A stretch of 64,000 bases of DNA. It comes from an uncultured delta proteobacterium (lineage in GTDB: Bacteria; Desulfobacterota; Desulfobacteria; Desulfobacterales; UBA2156). Within the stretch, counting starts at the first letter, position 1. Every line of letters starts with the position of its first letter. Shown here in pieces: positions 40,732 through 52,467 of this stretch. Under the pieces are notes generated by a model. That model saw nothing but the letters and a program-made list of their open reading frames with translations, did no database searches and was not told where the DNA came from. Location: contig CAVTQK010000015.1 in the NCBI GenBank assembly GCA_963736855.1, positions 128,001 to 192,000 of the forward strand, in the 5' to 3' direction. The position numbers and the translations under genes are program-made.

Positions 40732-41088
40732 GTGAAGCGCATTTCATTGCCCGATAAGATCTATTTTAAGATCGGGGAAGTAAGCAAGATCGCCGGTGTG
40801 CCTCCCTATGTGCTGAGATTCTGGGAAAATGAATTCAGAAAGATCAGACCCAAGCGCACCCCCACAGGCCAGCGTCTCTATCGGAAAAAAGACCTTGAAC
40901 TGATCCTGACCGTCAAGGAACTTCTTTACGACAAGCAGTTCACCATTCGCGGTGCCAACCAGTATTTGAATGCTATGAAAGAAGAAGAAAGGGCCGAGGG
41001 GATTTCCCCCTCGACCCTGGATACGATCAAATCGGAGCTTCGTGATATTTTGTCGGTTCTAAGGGATGATCCGTCCTCCCGGCCTTAA
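40732..41088 (+). CDS. MerR-family HTH regulator
   Basis: YFKIGEVS...VLRFWENEF...GQRLY; usual position downstream of pheT. Confidence 0.9.
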   Translation: MKRISLPDKIYFKIGEVSKIAGVPPYVLRFWENEFRKIRPKRTPTGQRLYRKKDLELILTVKELLYDKQFTIRGANQYLNAMKEEERAEGISPSTLDTIKSELRDILSVLRDDPSSRP

Positions 41089-42188
41089 AAGAACATCCGT
41101 AGGCCAATCCCAATCCGACCCCTTTCCTCCACCTCGTCAAATTCGTCAAAGGCCGATCGTCCCTCTATAAATAAGCCGAAATTCACTCCCGTGGGATTCT
41201 CTGTTAACATAAATCCAGCTTCCAATAAAAGATCGATCCGGGTATCGAAGCTGGTGTCCCACATGCCAACCCCGGCCCCGAGGAAAAATTTAGATGTGGG
41301 ATAGAAAAAATACAAGACATCCGCCAGAATAGGAGGATTATCTTCACACCCTTCCATCAAAGGTGCAAATCCGACCAGACCGGCTATGGCATTTTTTTCA
41401 TTGAACCAATGCATATAGCCGACACGAATCGGCAGGAAGGTGGCGGGATCGAATTGTTTCATAAACCCTACATCGCCGATGATGTGCCCTTTCCGGGGCG
41501 CCGGTACACCGGCAACAACAGCAGGAGCAGCAGCGGCGACAGGCGGGGCCGCTGCGGCGGGTTTGGGTGCAACAGCGGGTGCAGGAGCGGCCGCGGGTGC
41601 GGGAGCAGGGCCACCCTCGACTTTTGCCGGAGGTGCGGGTGCCGGAGCAGGTGTCTTGACAGGTGCCGGAGCAGGTGTCTTTACAGGCGCCGGTGCCGGT
41701 GCAGGCAGCGGGGCTGCCACGGGTGCAGCGGCGGGCGCAGCTACGATCTTTTGCAAGGCGATATTCATGCAGATCACAGGAAATACGAAAGTATAGTCGC
41801 TTTCCTTATGTCGCATGACTATCCGGTACGCCTTGAAGGTATCTTTCCCGGCCCAAATTACATCTTTGAGCACCACAGGTTTGTTCTTCTTTTGAAAGAT
41901 CATCCAGAGGAATCTTTCCTTAGGCGCTACAGTTATGGTTTCAATTTTTGCGGTTTCAAGGGTCTTCATGAATGGTTCAAAAAGATCGACGGCGCCTGCT
42001 TGAATGAACCCGGCCTTAACGTCGGATTGCATCTTTTTAAACACCGGATAGACCTGTTCAGGCTTTAAAACCTTGCCTTTATAAAAAGGGCTGGTTGCAA
42101 GTTGTTTCAGCTGCGTTGCGGCAAAAAGTGGCGAAACTCCCAGCATTAAAGTCAGCATCAAAACAGCGGCCGTTACCTTTATCTTCAT
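41085..42188 (-). CDS. Exported hypothetical protein with Pro/Ala-rich linker and probable C-terminal beta-barrel
   Basis: Signal peptide ending PLFA; long P/A-rich tract; amphipathic strands FFLGAGVG, GLFIEGR and terminal IGIGLRMFF. Confidence 0.7.
   Translation of the reverse strand: MKIKVTAAVLMLTLMLGVSPLFAATQLKQLATSPFYKGKVLKPEQVYPVFKKMQSDVKAGFIQAGAVDLFEPFMKTLETAKIETITVAPKERFLWMIFQKKNKPVVLKDVIWAGKDTFKAYRIVMRHKESDYTFVFPVICMNIALQKIVAAPAAAPVAAPLPAPAPAPVKTPAPAPVKTPAPAPAPPAKVEGGPAPAPAAAPAPAVAPKPAAAAPPVAAAAPAVVAGVPAPRKGHIIGDVGFMKQFDPATFLPIRVGYMHWFNEKNAIAGLVGFAPLMEGCEDNPPILADVLYFFYPTSKFFLGAGVGMWDTSFDTRIDLLLEAGFMLTENPTGVNFGLFIEGRSAFDEFDEVEERGRIGIGLRMFF
41637..41700. repeat. 24-nt coding tandem repeat (PAPAPVKT units)
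   Basis: GGTGCCGGAGCAGGTGTCTT(G/T)ACA twice plus degenerate flanking units. Confidence 0.7.
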
Positions 42189-42376
42189 CTCTTACCTCCT
42201 TGACGGGTGTTGAATCGGAAGCCCTCGTCCGATAATGATCACTCTACCCAGTTTTGATAAGGCTAAACAAAATCCCGTTTGTGCAGTCTCTATCTCCCCT
42301 TTTTGGAAATGTCAAGGCCGGTTTGAGGTATAGTGCCCAATTTTTATTCGATGGAAAACCGGGCGTTGGAAAATTC

Positions 42377-42405
42377 TTGACAAAAGAGATTCCCTATTGT
42401 ACCGT
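42377..42405 (+). promoter_or_regulatory. Candidate sigma70 promoter for tRNA-Gly and rimP
   Basis: TTGACA-17 nt (ending TG)-TACCGT, 14 nt before the tRNA. Confidence 0.55.
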
Positions 42406-42419
42406 TCCGCAACTTGAGA

Positions 42420-42495
42420 GCGGGCATAGCTCAGCTGGTAGAGTACAAGCTTCCCAAGCTTGGTGTCGCGAGTTCGAATCTCGTTGCCCGCTCCA
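42420..42495 (+). tRNA. tRNA-Gly (anticodon CCC)
   Basis: Acceptor GCGGGCA/TGCCCGC, D-arm GCTCAGCTGGTAGAGT, anticodon arm CAAGC-TTCCCAA-GCTTG, T-loop TTCGAAT, encoded CCA; 76 nt. Confidence 0.97.
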
Positions 42496-42632
42496 AAGTT
42501 GACCGTCTTTTCATGCGGAATGAGACAGCGGCAGCGTTTGAATGAATGGGATACGGACGTGAGCTTTTCGGTGGAGTAACGTTCATGGTCGATTGAGGGT
42601 TTTCCGCAAAAAGATTTACCCGGATGAAAAGG

Positions 42633-42660
42633 AACGGGCTCCAAGCCCGTTTTTTGTTTT
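42633..42660 (+). terminator. rimP-leader terminator/attenuator hairpin
   Basis: AACGGGCT-CCA-AGCCCGTT then TTTTGTTTT, just upstream of rimP. Confidence 0.7.
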
Positions 42661-42695
42661 CATCAGAAGGCGGCGAGGCGTTGACTCAAAAGCGA

Positions 42696-43220
42696 ATGAA
42701 GGGAAAAAAAATAGACCGGAACCTGCCGGAGCGATTTTTTTCAATCGACGGACTGAAAATCGCCGAAAAGGTGAGGGAGATCGCCACCCCGCTTTGTGAA
42801 AGCGAGGGTGTTGAGGTTGTTCATGTGGAATACCAAAGGGAGCAGACCGGAAAGGTCCTCCGCGTATATCTCGACAAACCCGGTGGGATTGCGCTGGATG
42901 ACTGCATATCCATCAGTCGACAGCTTTCCGACCTTCTTGACGTTAATTTTGAGACCCGGGGCGCTTATTCACTGGAAGTCTCTTCGCCCGGGCCCAAGCG
43001 GCCTCTTTGTAAAAAGGAGGATTTCGAGTCTTATAAAGGGTATAAAGCCCTGATCCGCACGGCCCGCTCGATGGGTGGGCGAAAAAACTTCAAAGGGATC
43101 CTGAGGGGCGTTATAGAGGATCGGATAATCCTCCAAGCTGAGGATAGGGACATAGCGATTCCCCTTGAGGAGATTGCCAAGGCGCATCTTTTAAGGGAAG
43201 ATGGAGAAAACACATGCTAA
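42696..43220 (+). CDS. rimP: Ribosome maturation factor RimP
   Basis: LRVYLDKPGGI, YSLEVSSPG; upstream of nusA; start uncertain. Confidence 0.93.
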   Translation: MKGKKIDRNLPERFFSIDGLKIAEKVREIATPLCESEGVEVVHVEYQREQTGKVLRVYLDKPGGIALDDCISISRQLSDLLDVNFETRGAYSLEVSSPGPKRPLCKKEDFESYKGYKALIRTARSMGGRKNFKGILRGVIEDRIILQAEDRDIAIPLEEIAKAHLLREDGENTC

Positions 43221-44596
43221 TGTCGGAGATCAAACGGGTCATTGACCAGGTCAGCCGAGAAAAGGGGATCGAGCGGCGGGTCTTGATTTCTGCCCTGGAA
43301 GAAGCGTTGAGATCGGCAGCGAAAAAAAAGATAGGAAGCAAGGCCGATATTGAAGTCCACTATGACGATAAAACCGGTGAAATCGAGGTGTTCCAATTTA
43401 AAGAGGTTGCCGAAATTGTCGCAGAACCCGACTTGCAGATCGATTTTGAAACCGCTCGAAAGCTTGATCCTGAATGTGAAATCGGTGACAGTATCGGTAC
43501 CAAGATGGATACCACCACCTTCGGGCGGATTGCCGCCCAGTCGGCCAAGCAGGTGATCATCCAGAAGATGAAGGATGCCGAACGGGATGCCGTATTTTCC
43601 GGATTTATTGATCGCAAGGGAGAAATCATCAATGGGATCGTTCAACGGATAGACCGCAATGACATTATCGTCAATCTGGGTCAGACCGAAGGCATCCTCA
43701 CGGCCAAAGAACAGATCCCAAAGGAAACTTTCCGAAGAGGGGATCGGATCCGTGCTTATATTAAAGATGTACTATATGAGAGTCGTGGGCCGCAAATTTT
43801 TCTTACCCGAGCCGATGATCAGTTCCTGATCGCCTTGTTCAAAACAGAAGTTCCGGAAATCAGCGAAGGTATTGTGAAAGTCGTGGGAGCTGCCCGAGAA
43901 CCCGGGAGTCGGGCGAAGATCGTGGTGTCTTCCACCGACCCTGACATCGATCCAGTGGGAGCTTGTGTGGGAATGAAGGGAAGCCGCGTTCAGACCGTGG
44001 TTCAGGAACTCAGGGGAGAGAAGATCGACATCATACCATGGCATGTGGATGCGGCCAAGTTCGTCTGCAATGCGCTGGCGCCGGCGGAGATCTCCCGGGT
44101 AATCATCGACGAAGAGAATCGCCTTATGGAAGTGATTGTTCCGGACGAATTTCTTTCCGTGGCCATCGGCAAGCGCGGGCAGAATGTGCGGCTGGCTTCC
44201 AAACTGACAGGGTGGCGTCTTGATGTCATCAGTGAAACACGGTACAGTCAGACGATGAAGGAAGGATACAATTCCCTCCTTGCACTACCGGAGATTGGTG
44301 CAACTCTGGCCGACGCTTTGTATGAAAGGGGCTTTTTTTCTGTTGAAGAGCTCAGCAAGGCATCGATAGAAGATCTGACCCCCATTCGGGGCATTGGAGA
44401 AGAAAAAGCAGCGAAACTAATCAGGCTTGCCAAAGAAGCGGTGATTAAAGCCCTGATGACGGAAGAAACCGACTTGGACGAATCCGAAGCCGGCCTTGAA
44501 GAGGAAGGATCGGTGTCCAAGAGGGAGGTGGCTTCGGATCAAAAAGGGAATCCAACAGGAGAAAGCGATCCGGAAATCAGAACCGAAGAGACATAA
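43214..44596 (+). CDS. nusA: Transcription factor NusA
   Basis: [44 protein letters not shown]. Confidence 0.98.
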   Translation: MLMSEIKRVIDQVSREKGIERRVLISALEEALRSAAKKKIGSKADIEVHYDDKTGEIEVFQFKEVAEIVAEPDLQIDFETARKLDPECEIGDSIGTKMDTTTFGRIAAQSAKQVIIQKMKDAERDAVFSGFIDRKGEIINGIVQRIDRNDIIVNLGQTEGILTAKEQIPKETFRRGDRIRAYIKDVLYESRGPQIFLTRADDQFLIALFKTEVPEISEGIVKVVGAAREPGSRAKIVVSSTDPDIDPVGACVGMKGSRVQTVVQELRGEKIDIIPWHVDAAKFVCNALAPAEISRVIIDEENRLMEVIVPDEFLSVAIGKRGQNVRLASKLTGWRLDVISETRYSQTMKEGYNSLLALPEIGATLADALYERGFFSVEELSKASIEDLTPIRGIGEEKAAKLIRLAKEAVIKALMTEETDLDESEAGLEEEGSVSKREVASDQKGNPTGESDPEIRTEET

Positions 44597-44680
44597 TCTG
44601 CGCCGGTAACCACCATGACGATGCGATGCCAACGAAAAGGCTTGTATCGACGCATACCGAACCGATGGGATGGGGGATGG

Positions 44681-47383
44681 ATGGCAAAAATCAGGGTATA
44701 TGAGCTTGCCAGAGAGCTGAATATGACCAACAAAGTGTTTCTTGAGAAATTGGGAGAACTGGGCATATCCGTAAGCAGCCATGTCAGCACTCTGGACGAG
44801 GGCCAGGTTGCTGGGATCAAATCGGCCATTCTCGGCAAAAAAACGGAAGAAGTTGAACTTACACGCGTTAAGCCTACCGTCATTCGCAGGCGAATCCGCC
44901 GGGTGGCTCAAGAAGAACCTCCACGTGTGGAAGTGGTGGCTCCTCTCGCTTCAGAAGAGGCAGCCCCGCTGGAAACGGAGACGCAGACGCTTACAACCGA
45001 AGCCGATCTTGCTGTTGAAGAAGAGGTTGAGGAATCGGCTCCTGAATCCGTCGAAACCGAAAAAGCTGCGGTGCTGCCCGGGATAATACAAACGGCGGAA
45101 CCGGCCGATGTGATTAAACCGGCAAAGCCGCAAAAAACGCCGGAAGCAAAGCGGGAAGCTGTTTCTCCTTCCTTGCCTGAAAAGGAAAAGCCTGCCGGGA
45201 CTGCAGAAGTCGTTCTCGAAAAGCCCAAAAAAGCAAAAAAGAAACGGGAAAAAGAATTCCCTGCAAAGATTATCAAACTTCCGGAGGCTCCAAAGCCGGA
45301 AAAGCCTGTCGAGCCTGAACCCGTCACTCAGAGACCTGAAGAAATCGTATCAAAGGTATTGGAATTTAAGAAAAAGGCGGTGGAATCCGAAGCGGTGGAA
45401 TCCGAAGCGTCGGAAAAAGACAAAAAGAAAAAAAAGGGGAAAAGAGAAGCCGAAGAGGACGTTAAAGACAGAAAATTTTTCAAGAAGAAGATCTCTTTCA
45501 AGAAAAAAGAGGTCGTGGAGGGAGCGGATCTTTATACCGAACGGGCGGTATCTCGAAAAGCCAAAAGAGCCATAAAGGGAAAGCCATCGATTCAAATGCA
45601 AAAGCCCCAAATCACGGTACCTAAAGCGATTAAGCGGCGACTCAAGATCGACGAAACCATCGTGTTGTCGGATTTATCCAAGCGGATGGGTATTAAAGCG
45701 GCCGATCTCATCCGGAAGCTCATGTCTCTGGGGGTCATGGCCACGGTGAACCAGACTGTGGATTTTGAAACGGCATCATTGGTTGCTGCGGAATTCAATT
45801 ATGATGTCGAGAAGGCGGCTTTTGAAGAGGAATCCGTCATCAGGGTGGAAGAAGATGAGCCGGGAAAGCGAGTGGTCCGGCCACCGGTTGTAACCATTAT
45901 GGGCCATGTGGACCATGGTAAAACGTCCCTGCTGGATACCATCCGAAAGACCCGGGTTACCGAAGGAGAGGCGGGGGGCATCACGCAGCACATCGGCGCC
46001 TACAATGTGACCACCGATAAGGGACAAATCGTATTCTTGGATACACCGGGCCACGAAGCTTTTACGGCCATGCGAGCGCGGGGGGCAAAAGTCACCGACC
46101 TTGTTGTCCTGGTGGTGGCTGCTGATGACGGTGTCATGCCGCAAAGCGTGGAGGCGATCAATCATTCCAAAGCAGCCGGTGTGCCGCTCATCGTGGCGAT
46201 CAATAAGATCGACAAGCCCGGCGCCAACCCGGATCGCGTGAAGCGGCAACTCGCGGAGCTCGGATTGGTTCCCGAAGATTGGGGAGGAGATTCCGTTTTT
46301 CTGGAGGTTTCAGCGAAATATAACCAGGGTATCGAAGACCTTTTAGAAATGATTCTCCTTCAAGCCGAGGTGCTGGAGCTTAAGGCGAATCCGGATAAGC
46401 TTGCCCGGGGCCATGTTATCGAGGCGAAGCTGGACATGGGGAGGGGCCCGGTGGCGACTCTACTGGTCCAGGAAGGAACCCTCCGGACTGGTGAATCGGT
46501 GGTGTGTGGAATTCACCATGGGAAAATACGCGCCATGCTCAGCGATCGCGGTACCCAGATTTCCGAAGCGGGCCCTTCAATTCCCGTAGAGATTGACGGA
46601 CTTTCGGGGGTTCCCATGGCGGGGGACGAGTTTTTGGCCATGGAACATGAAAAGAATGCTAAACAGCTCAGTCTCTATCGCATTCAGAAACAGCGATCCA
46701 AGGGGCTTGCCAAGTCAAGCCGCCTCAGCCTTGAAAAGCTTTACGAACAGCTCAAAGCCGGTGAAGTCAAAGATCTCAACCTGATCATCAAAGCGGACGT
46801 ACATGGATCCATCGAAGCGCTCAGCGACTCTCTTGTGAAGCTTTCCAACGAAGAGGTGAGCATCAACGTCGTTCATTCGGGTACAGGTTCCATCGTGGAA
46901 TCGGATGTTTCGCTGGCAGCCGTCTCCAACGCGGTTATCATCGGTTTTAGCGTTCGGGCAACGCCCAAGGCAACCGAGCTGGCTGCTGAGGAGAATGTGG
47001 ATATCCGTTATTATAACGTGATTTATGACGTGATCCGGGACACCAAGGACGCCATCGTCGGCATGATGGCCTCTACGTTCGAGGAACGTTCCTTGGGCCG
47101 TGCGGAAGTGCGGGAAATCTTCCATATTCCGAAAATCGGAACCGTCGCCGGAAGCTATGTGACGGAAGGGAAACTGGAGCGCGGTCAACCGGTCAGACTC
47201 GTGAGAGACGGAGTCGTCTACTATACGGGGAAAATCGCCTCGTTAAGGCGTTTTAAAGATGATGTGAAGGAAGTGCAAAGCGGTTATGAATGCGGGATTT
47301 CGGTGGAGAATTATAACGATATGAAAGTGGGTGACATCGTCGAGTGTTTTTATCTCGTGGAGATCCGTCCTAAAATCGATTGA
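44681..47383 (+). CDS. infB: Translation initiation factor IF-2
   Basis: [10 protein letters not shown] start; [29 protein letters not shown]. Confidence 0.98.
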   Translation: MAKIRVYELARELNMTNKVFLEKLGELGISVSSHVSTLDEGQVAGIKSAILGKKTEEVELTRVKPTVIRRRIRRVAQEEPPRVEVVAPLASEEAAPLETETQTLTTEADLAVEEEVEESAPESVETEKAAVLPGIIQTAEPADVIKPAKPQKTPEAKREAVSPSLPEKEKPAGTAEVVLEKPKKAKKKREKEFPAKIIKLPEAPKPEKPVEPEPVTQRPEEIVSKVLEFKKKAVESEAVESEASEKDKKKKKGKREAEEDVKDRKFFKKKISFKKKEVVEGADLYTERAVSRKAKRAIKGKPSIQMQKPQITVPKAIKRRLKIDETIVLSDLSKRMGIKAADLIRKLMSLGVMATVNQTVDFETASLVAAEFNYDVEKAAFEEESVIRVEEDEPGKRVVRPPVVTIMGHVDHGKTSLLDTIRKTRVTEGEAGGITQHIGAYNVTTDKGQIVFLDTPGHEAFTAMRARGAKVTDLVVLVVAADDGVMPQSVEAINHSKAAGVPLIVAINKIDKPGANPDRVKRQLAELGLVPEDWGGDSVFLEVSAKYNQGIEDLLEMILLQAEVLELKANPDKLARGHVIEAKLDMGRGPVATLLVQEGTLRTGESVVCGIHHGKIRAMLSDRGTQISEAGPSIPVEIDGLSGVPMAGDEFLAMEHEKNAKQLSLYRIQKQRSKGLAKSSRLSLEKLYEQLKAGEVKDLNLIIKADVHGSIEALSDSLVKLSNEEVSINVVHSGTGSIVESDVSLAAVSNAVIIGFSVRATPKATELAAEENVDIRYYNVIYDVIRDTKDAIVGMMASTFEERSLGRAEVREIFHIPKIGTVAGSYVTEGKLERGQPVRLVRDGVVYYTGKIASLRRFKDDVKEVQSGYECGISVENYNDMKVGDIVECFYLVEIRPKID

Positions 47384-47407
47384 GGGGCAACGGGGTTTTA
47401 AGATGCC

Positions 47408-47695
47408 ATGGTCGTCGGGTACGGAATCATCACCTTCCGGGTTCACGAGAGCCGGTCTTTGAAAGAAAAGAGAAGGATCGTCAAATCCATCGTCATGCAA
47501 CTGCAGCACCATTTCAATACTTCCGTGGCGGAAGTCGGGGCGTTGGACTTATATCAGAGGGCGGAAATCGGATTTGCTTTTGTAGGGAACGATCGACAGG
47601 TGATCAACTCTAAAATCGACAAGATGTTCAATTATGCCGAGGCTCTTGGGCTTGCAGAGATCATCGATACTGAAATGGAGATTTTCAACATATGA
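47408..47695 (+). CDS. DUF503 (YlxP-like) protein
   Basis: SLKEKRRIV, FNTSVAEV; located between infB and rbfA. Confidence 0.88.
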   Translation: MVVGYGIITFRVHESRSLKEKRRIVKSIVMQLQHHFNTSVAEVGALDLYQRAEIGFAFVGNDRQVINSKIDKMFNYAEALGLAEIIDTEMEIFNI

Positions 47696-48081
47696 AGCCC
47701 TTTCGAAGAGTAGATCGAGTCGCGGCGCAGATTCAGAAGATACTTTCAGAGATCCTTCAGAAGGAGATCCAGGACCCACGTCTGAAGATGGTGACCATCA
47801 CCCGGGTGAAACTGACTTCGGACCTGAAGTTTGCCCGGATCTATTTTGCTTCCATTTCCGGTGAAGAAAGGAAGGTAATCATCGCCGCCGGGTTCAAAGA
47901 TGCTTCCGGATATATCAAGCGCGCCCTTTCAGGCCGGCTAGACTTGAGGTACATGCCGGATTTACAATTCTTCTACGACGAATCGTATGACCACGCATTA
48001 AAAATCTTCCGGATCCTGAAAACACTTGAAACTGATAATGGAGATCATGGAACAGATCATCGAGAAACTGAAGAACAGTAA
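47692..48081 (+). CDS. rbfA: 30S ribosome-binding factor A
   Basis: DPRL, DLKFARIY, LRYMPDLQFFYD. Confidence 0.95.
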   Translation: MKPFRRVDRVAAQIQKILSEILQKEIQDPRLKMVTITRVKLTSDLKFARIYFASISGEERKVIIAAGFKDASGYIKRALSGRLDLRYMPDLQFFYDESYDHALKIFRILKTLETDNGDHGTDHRETEEQ

Positions 48082-49018
48082 GCAGGTGTTGATTGCTTCA
48101 CATACCAACCCGGATGGAGATGCCATCGGGTCCCTAATTGCCTTGGGTCTTTCTTTACTCGCACTTGGAAAAGAAGCCGTCCTCTTCAACGAAAGCCCGA
48201 TCCCCGCGGTGTATCGGTTTCTTTCCGGCGTCGATCAGGTTGTCATTCGGCTGAAGAAGGACTGCGTCTTTGATACAGCGGTGGTCCTCGACTGCGGCGA
48301 TTTACATCGCGTGGGTGGGGCGGCACCGATTGTTGAGCATATACCGGTGGTGATCAATATCGACCACCATGTTACGAACACTCGGTTCGGTCACTTCCAA
48401 CTCATCGATCCGGGAGCCTGCGCCACGACGGAAATCATCTACCGACTGATTACGGCGATGGAAATTCCCGTGACCCTGGAAATCGCCAATGCCATCTATA
48501 CGGGGATTCTCACGGATACCGGGTCATTCCGTTTTTCCAATACAAACCGGTATGCCTTTGAAATCTGTGAGAAGATGGTCGCACGGGGGGTGGATCCGTA
48601 TCGGATCGCCCAGCAAATCTATGGCGCATACTCATTGGGACGGATCAAGTTGTTGAACCTGGCATTGGATTCCATAGAGATCTCCAAAAACGGAAAGCTT
48701 TCCATGATGGCGGTGACTCAGCAGATGATCCGGGAAACCCGGGCACGCGCCGGGGATACCGACGGACTGATTAATTATGCCAAGGGGATCAAGGATGTCA
48801 AAGTTGCCGTGCTCATTGAAGAATTGAACCACGGCAGATGCGGCAAGGAAAGCCGGCTCCCCTATCACGTGAGCCTGCGATCGGACGGGTCCGTGGATGT
48901 GGCGGTCATCGCCGCCGCCTTTGGTGGGGGAGGGCATTCGAGCGCAGCCGGTTTCAGCATAGAGTCGACGCTACCGGAAATCAAAACGAAGATTATAAGT
49001 CTTGCGGAGGAGATGTGA
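48047..49018 (+). CDS. DHH/DHHA1 phosphoesterase (NrnA-like)
   Basis: HTNPDGDAIGS, IDHH, TDTGSF, FGGGGH. Confidence 0.92.
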   Translation: MEQIIEKLKNSKQVLIASHTNPDGDAIGSLIALGLSLLALGKEAVLFNESPIPAVYRFLSGVDQVVIRLKKDCVFDTAVVLDCGDLHRVGGAAPIVEHIPVVINIDHHVTNTRFGHFQLIDPGACATTEIIYRLITAMEIPVTLEIANAIYTGILTDTGSFRFSNTNRYAFEICEKMVARGVDPYRIAQQIYGAYSLGRIKLLNLALDSIEISKNGKLSMMAVTQQMIRETRARAGDTDGLINYAKGIKDVKVAVLIEELNHGRCGKESRLPYHVSLRSDGSVDVAVIAAAFGGGGHSSAAGFSIESTLPEIKTKIISLAEEM

Positions 49019-49953
49019 GTCAACAGGTCTCGGACACTGGCCCGGGAATATTGTTGATCGATAAACCCGAGGGAATAACTTCGGCCGGAGTCGTCGATAG
49101 AGTCAAGCAGGCTTCGAAAGCCCTGAAAGTTGGTCATGCGGGAACGCTGGACCCCTTTGCTACTGGGCTTTTGATATGCTGCATCGACAATGCGACCCGA
49201 CTGGCACGTTTTTTTCTCGAAACAGACAAGACCTACCGCGCAACTCTCCATCTGGGAGTGGAGACCGATACGGGCGATTCCACGGGAAGAGTGCTGTCGG
49301 AATTTTCAGGCGGTGTGATTTCTAAAGACCGGATCTGTTCGGCTTTTCAGCAGTTTGTAGGAAAGATCAGCCAGGTCCCTCCTGCATTCAGCGCACTGAA
49401 ACACCAGGGTATACCGCTGTATCGCTGGGCCAGACGTGGAAAGACGATCCAAAAACCGCCCCGAATAGTGACCATTCACCGGTTGACGGTTCTCGATATC
49501 GACTTTCCAAGGGTACGTTTTGAAGTGGTTTGCTCGGCGGGTACCTATATCCGGAGCTTGGGCACCGATGTGGGAACAGCACTGGAATGCGGTGGGCACC
49601 TGTCACAGTTGAGAAGGGTCCAAAGTGGTGGATTTCATGTGGATGAGGCCATCCCTCTGGGCGTTCTCGAAGAAACTTCCGCTATCGGAAGGTTGAGGGA
49701 AAGAATCATCCCCATGGCGTCAGCCCTGAAAGGTTGGCCCGAATTGGCGGTGGGCGATACCGTTGCCGAAAAAGTTCGGTACGGCAGGCCCATTTCCGCC
49801 GATGACATTCCTACAGGTTGCGTGGGAGTTTCTGAAAATGATCTGACAACCTGCATTAAGGTGATCGATGAAAAGGGAACACTATTGGCTCTTTTGCATC
49901 GAAACGGAAAGGGCGGGTATGGATATTGCGGTGTTTTTGGAAATCAGGCATGA
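49015..49953 (+). CDS. truB: tRNA pseudouridine(55) synthase
   Basis: KVGHAGTLDPFATG, PPAFSALK, CSAGTYIRSL; GTG overlaps the upstream stop. Confidence 0.96.
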   Translation: MSQQVSDTGPGILLIDKPEGITSAGVVDRVKQASKALKVGHAGTLDPFATGLLICCIDNATRLARFFLETDKTYRATLHLGVETDTGDSTGRVLSEFSGGVISKDRICSAFQQFVGKISQVPPAFSALKHQGIPLYRWARRGKTIQKPPRIVTIHRLTVLDIDFPRVRFEVVCSAGTYIRSLGTDVGTALECGGHLSQLRRVQSGGFHVDEAIPLGVLEETSAIGRLRERIIPMASALKGWPELAVGDTVAEKVRYGRPISADDIPTGCVGVSENDLTTCIKVIDEKGTLLALLHRNGKGGYGYCGVFGNQA

Positions 49954-50019
49954 TTCATTGGGCGAATTTGCGTTTGCACGAAGGAAATAATTCAATTTCA
50001 AAAAACGATGGAGGAAAAA

Positions 50020-50289
50020 TTGGCATTCACGGCAGTTGAAAAAGAGGAATTGATTAACCGGCATAAGCTTCATGATTCGGATACCGGCTCTCCGGAGGTC
50101 CAGGTCGGGCTTTTGACCCATCGGATCAACTACCTCACCGAGCATTTGAAAACACATCAGAAAGATCACCATTCCCGGAGAGGATTACTGATGTTGGTGG
50201 GAAGGCGGCGCAGGCTGCTGGACTATGTCAAAAACAAGGATATCCAACGTTACAGGAAGATCATAGAAACCCTGGGGCTGAGACGATAA
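50020..50289 (+). CDS. rpsO: 30S ribosomal protein S15
   Basis: [22 protein letters not shown] start after GGAGG. Confidence 0.97.
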   Translation: MAFTAVEKEELINRHKLHDSDTGSPEVQVGLLTHRINYLTEHLKTHQKDHHSRRGLLMLVGRRRRLLDYVKNKDIQRYRKIIETLGLRR

Positions 50290-50367
50290 GCATCGTCTCA
50301 AAGGATATCCGATCCACTAAATCGGGCCGGCCTTCGCCTGCCCCCAACGTATTGTTTGGAGATTATA

Positions 50368-52467
50368 ATGGAATTGGTATTTAAAGCAGAGGTAGGCGGC
50401 CGAACGCTGAGTTTACAGACGGGTAAAGTTGCAAAACAGGCCTCGGGAGCCGTCATGGTTCAATACGGCGAAACGATGGTCCTGGTGACAGTGGTTTCTT
50501 CGGAAGACCAGCGGGTAGGCATTGATTTCCTTCCGCTTTCCGTGGAATATCAGGAAAAGATTTACGCGGCCGGAAGGATCCCCGGTAATTACTTCCGACG
50601 GGAGATCGGACGACCCAGTGAAAAAGAGACGCTGACATCCCGGCTCATCGATCGTCCCATACGCCCGCTCTTTCCCAAGAAATTCAATTTTGAGACTCAG
50701 ATTATTGCCACTGTCCTGTCCATGGACCAGGAAAACAATCCGGATGTCTTGGCTATGGTCGGGGCGTCGGCTGCTTTGGAGATATCCGATATCCCCTTTG
50801 ACGGCCCTATTGCCAGCGTCCGAGTGGGGCGCATCGACGGGAAATGGGTGGTCAATCCCACCATCGCGGATTATGACAAGTGTGATATCAACATCATCGT
50901 TGCCGGCTCGAAAACCGGGGTTGTCATGGTGGAGGGGGGGGCGAACATTATCAGCGAGGCCGACATGCTCGAAGCCATTTTCTTCGGTCACCGGGAGCTC
51001 CAACCCCTCATCGAGATTCAGGAAAAGCTCAAAGAAGCCGCCGGTCTTCCTAAGAAGTCCTTCGCCCCTCCGCCAACGGATGAAAGCTTTTTTCAACGGA
51101 TTTCGAAGATGGCTTCCGATCTCATCCGGGAAACGCTTTTGGTTCCCCAGAAAAAGGCACGCAGCAAAGGGCTGGGATCCGTGAAGAGCCGGATTCTGGA
51201 AAAGCTTGGGCCGGAATACGCGGATCGAAAGGCGGAAATCGACGATTCTTTTGACGATCTGAAGCGCCGCATCTGCCGGGATTTCATACTCCGCGAAGGA
51301 CGCCGCATCGATGGCCGTCGCTTCGACGAGATCCGACCGATTTCCTGTGAAGTGGGAATCCTTCCGAGACCCCACGGCAGCGCCCTGTTCACCCGTGGCG
51401 AAACCCAGGTGCTCGGGGTCCTGACATTGGGCTCCGGTCCCGACGAACAGCGGGTGGAGACGTTGGTCGGCGATGAATTCAGGCCGTTCATGCTCCATTA
51501 TAATTTTCCCCCTTATTCGGTGGGTGAGGTCAAGCGCCTGAGCGGACCGTCGAGACGGGATATCGGCCATGGAGGCCTCTCCACCCGGGCCATCGAGAAG
51601 GTCATCCCCAATAAGGAACATTTTGAGTATACCATCCGTATCGTCTCGGAAGTTTTTGAGTCCAACGGCTCTTCATCCATGGGGACCGTTTGTGCAGGCA
51701 GCCTCGCGCTTATGGACGGCGGGGTCCCCATCAAGGCGCCGGTTTCAGGGATTGCCATGGGCCTCGTCAAGGAGGGGGATCAGGTGGTTATTTTATCCGA
51801 CATCCTGGGGGACGAGGATCACATGGGTGATATGGATTTCAAGGTGGCGGGCTCCCGTGAGGGGATTACGGCGCTCCAGATGGATATCAAGATCCGAGAG
51901 CTTTCGAAAGATATCCTGGAAAAAGCCCTGGAGCAGGCGCGGATCGGCAGGCTCTTCATTCTCGAAAAGATGCTGGAGGCACTGAAGGAACCGCGAAAGG
52001 AAACTTCCCCGTACGCCCCCAAGGTGATCTCCACCAAAATCAACCCGGACAAGATCCGGGAGATCATCGGTCCGGGAGGAAAGATCATCAGGGCACTGCA
52101 AACCGAGACCAACACCCGCATCGAAGTGGAGGATTCCGGAATTGTCAAGATCACGGCCTTTTCCCTCAAGGACGGCGAAGAAGCTCTTCGTAGAGTCAAG
52201 GAAATTGCAGCCGAGCCCGAAGTGGGTACTATTTATGAAGGGACCGTGGTCAAAGTGGCGGATTTCGGCGCTTTCGTGGAAATTCTCCCTGGAACGGACG
52301 GCTTGGTCCATATTTCCCAACTTGCGGATCATCGGGTTAAAAAAGTGACCGACGTGGTCAAGGAGGGGGACAAAGTCAAAGTCAAGGTTCTCGAGATCTC
52401 TCCGGAGGGAAAGATCCGCTTAAGTCTTAAAGAGGCGCTTGCCGAACTGAATAGGCAACAGCAGTGA
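50368..52467 (+). CDS. pnp: Polyribonucleotide nucleotidyltransferase
   Basis: [38 protein letters not shown] and S1 domains. Confidence 0.98.
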   Translation: MELVFKAEVGGRTLSLQTGKVAKQASGAVMVQYGETMVLVTVVSSEDQRVGIDFLPLSVEYQEKIYAAGRIPGNYFRREIGRPSEKETLTSRLIDRPIRPLFPKKFNFETQIIATVLSMDQENNPDVLAMVGASAALEISDIPFDGPIASVRVGRIDGKWVVNPTIADYDKCDINIIVAGSKTGVVMVEGGANIISEADMLEAIFFGHRELQPLIEIQEKLKEAAGLPKKSFAPPPTDESFFQRISKMASDLIRETLLVPQKKARSKGLGSVKSRILEKLGPEYADRKAEIDDSFDDLKRRICRDFILREGRRIDGRRFDEIRPISCEVGILPRPHGSALFTRGETQVLGVLTLGSGPDEQRVETLVGDEFRPFMLHYNFPPYSVGEVKRLSGPSRRDIGHGGLSTRAIEKVIPNKEHFEYTIRIVSEVFESNGSSSMGTVCAGSLALMDGGVPIKAPVSGIAMGLVKEGDQVVILSDILGDEDHMGDMDFKVAGSREGITALQMDIKIRELSKDILEKALEQARIGRLFILEKMLEALKEPRKETSPYAPKVISTKINPDKIREIIGPGGKIIRALQTETNTRIEVEDSGIVKITAFSLKDGEEALRRVKEIAAEPEVGTIYEGTVVKVADFGAFVEILPGTDGLVHISQLADHRVKKVTDVVKEGDKVKVKVLEISPEGKIRLSLKEALAELNRQQQ

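Noticed and set aside
42420..42495. tRNA-Gly as the integration site of an island
   Set aside because: No integrase or duplicated tRNA 3' end seen; core rimP-nusA follows directly
45378..45407. 15-nt tandem duplication (AVESE twice) in infB
   Set aside because: In-frame micro-duplication in the variable N-terminal region of IF-2; unremarkable
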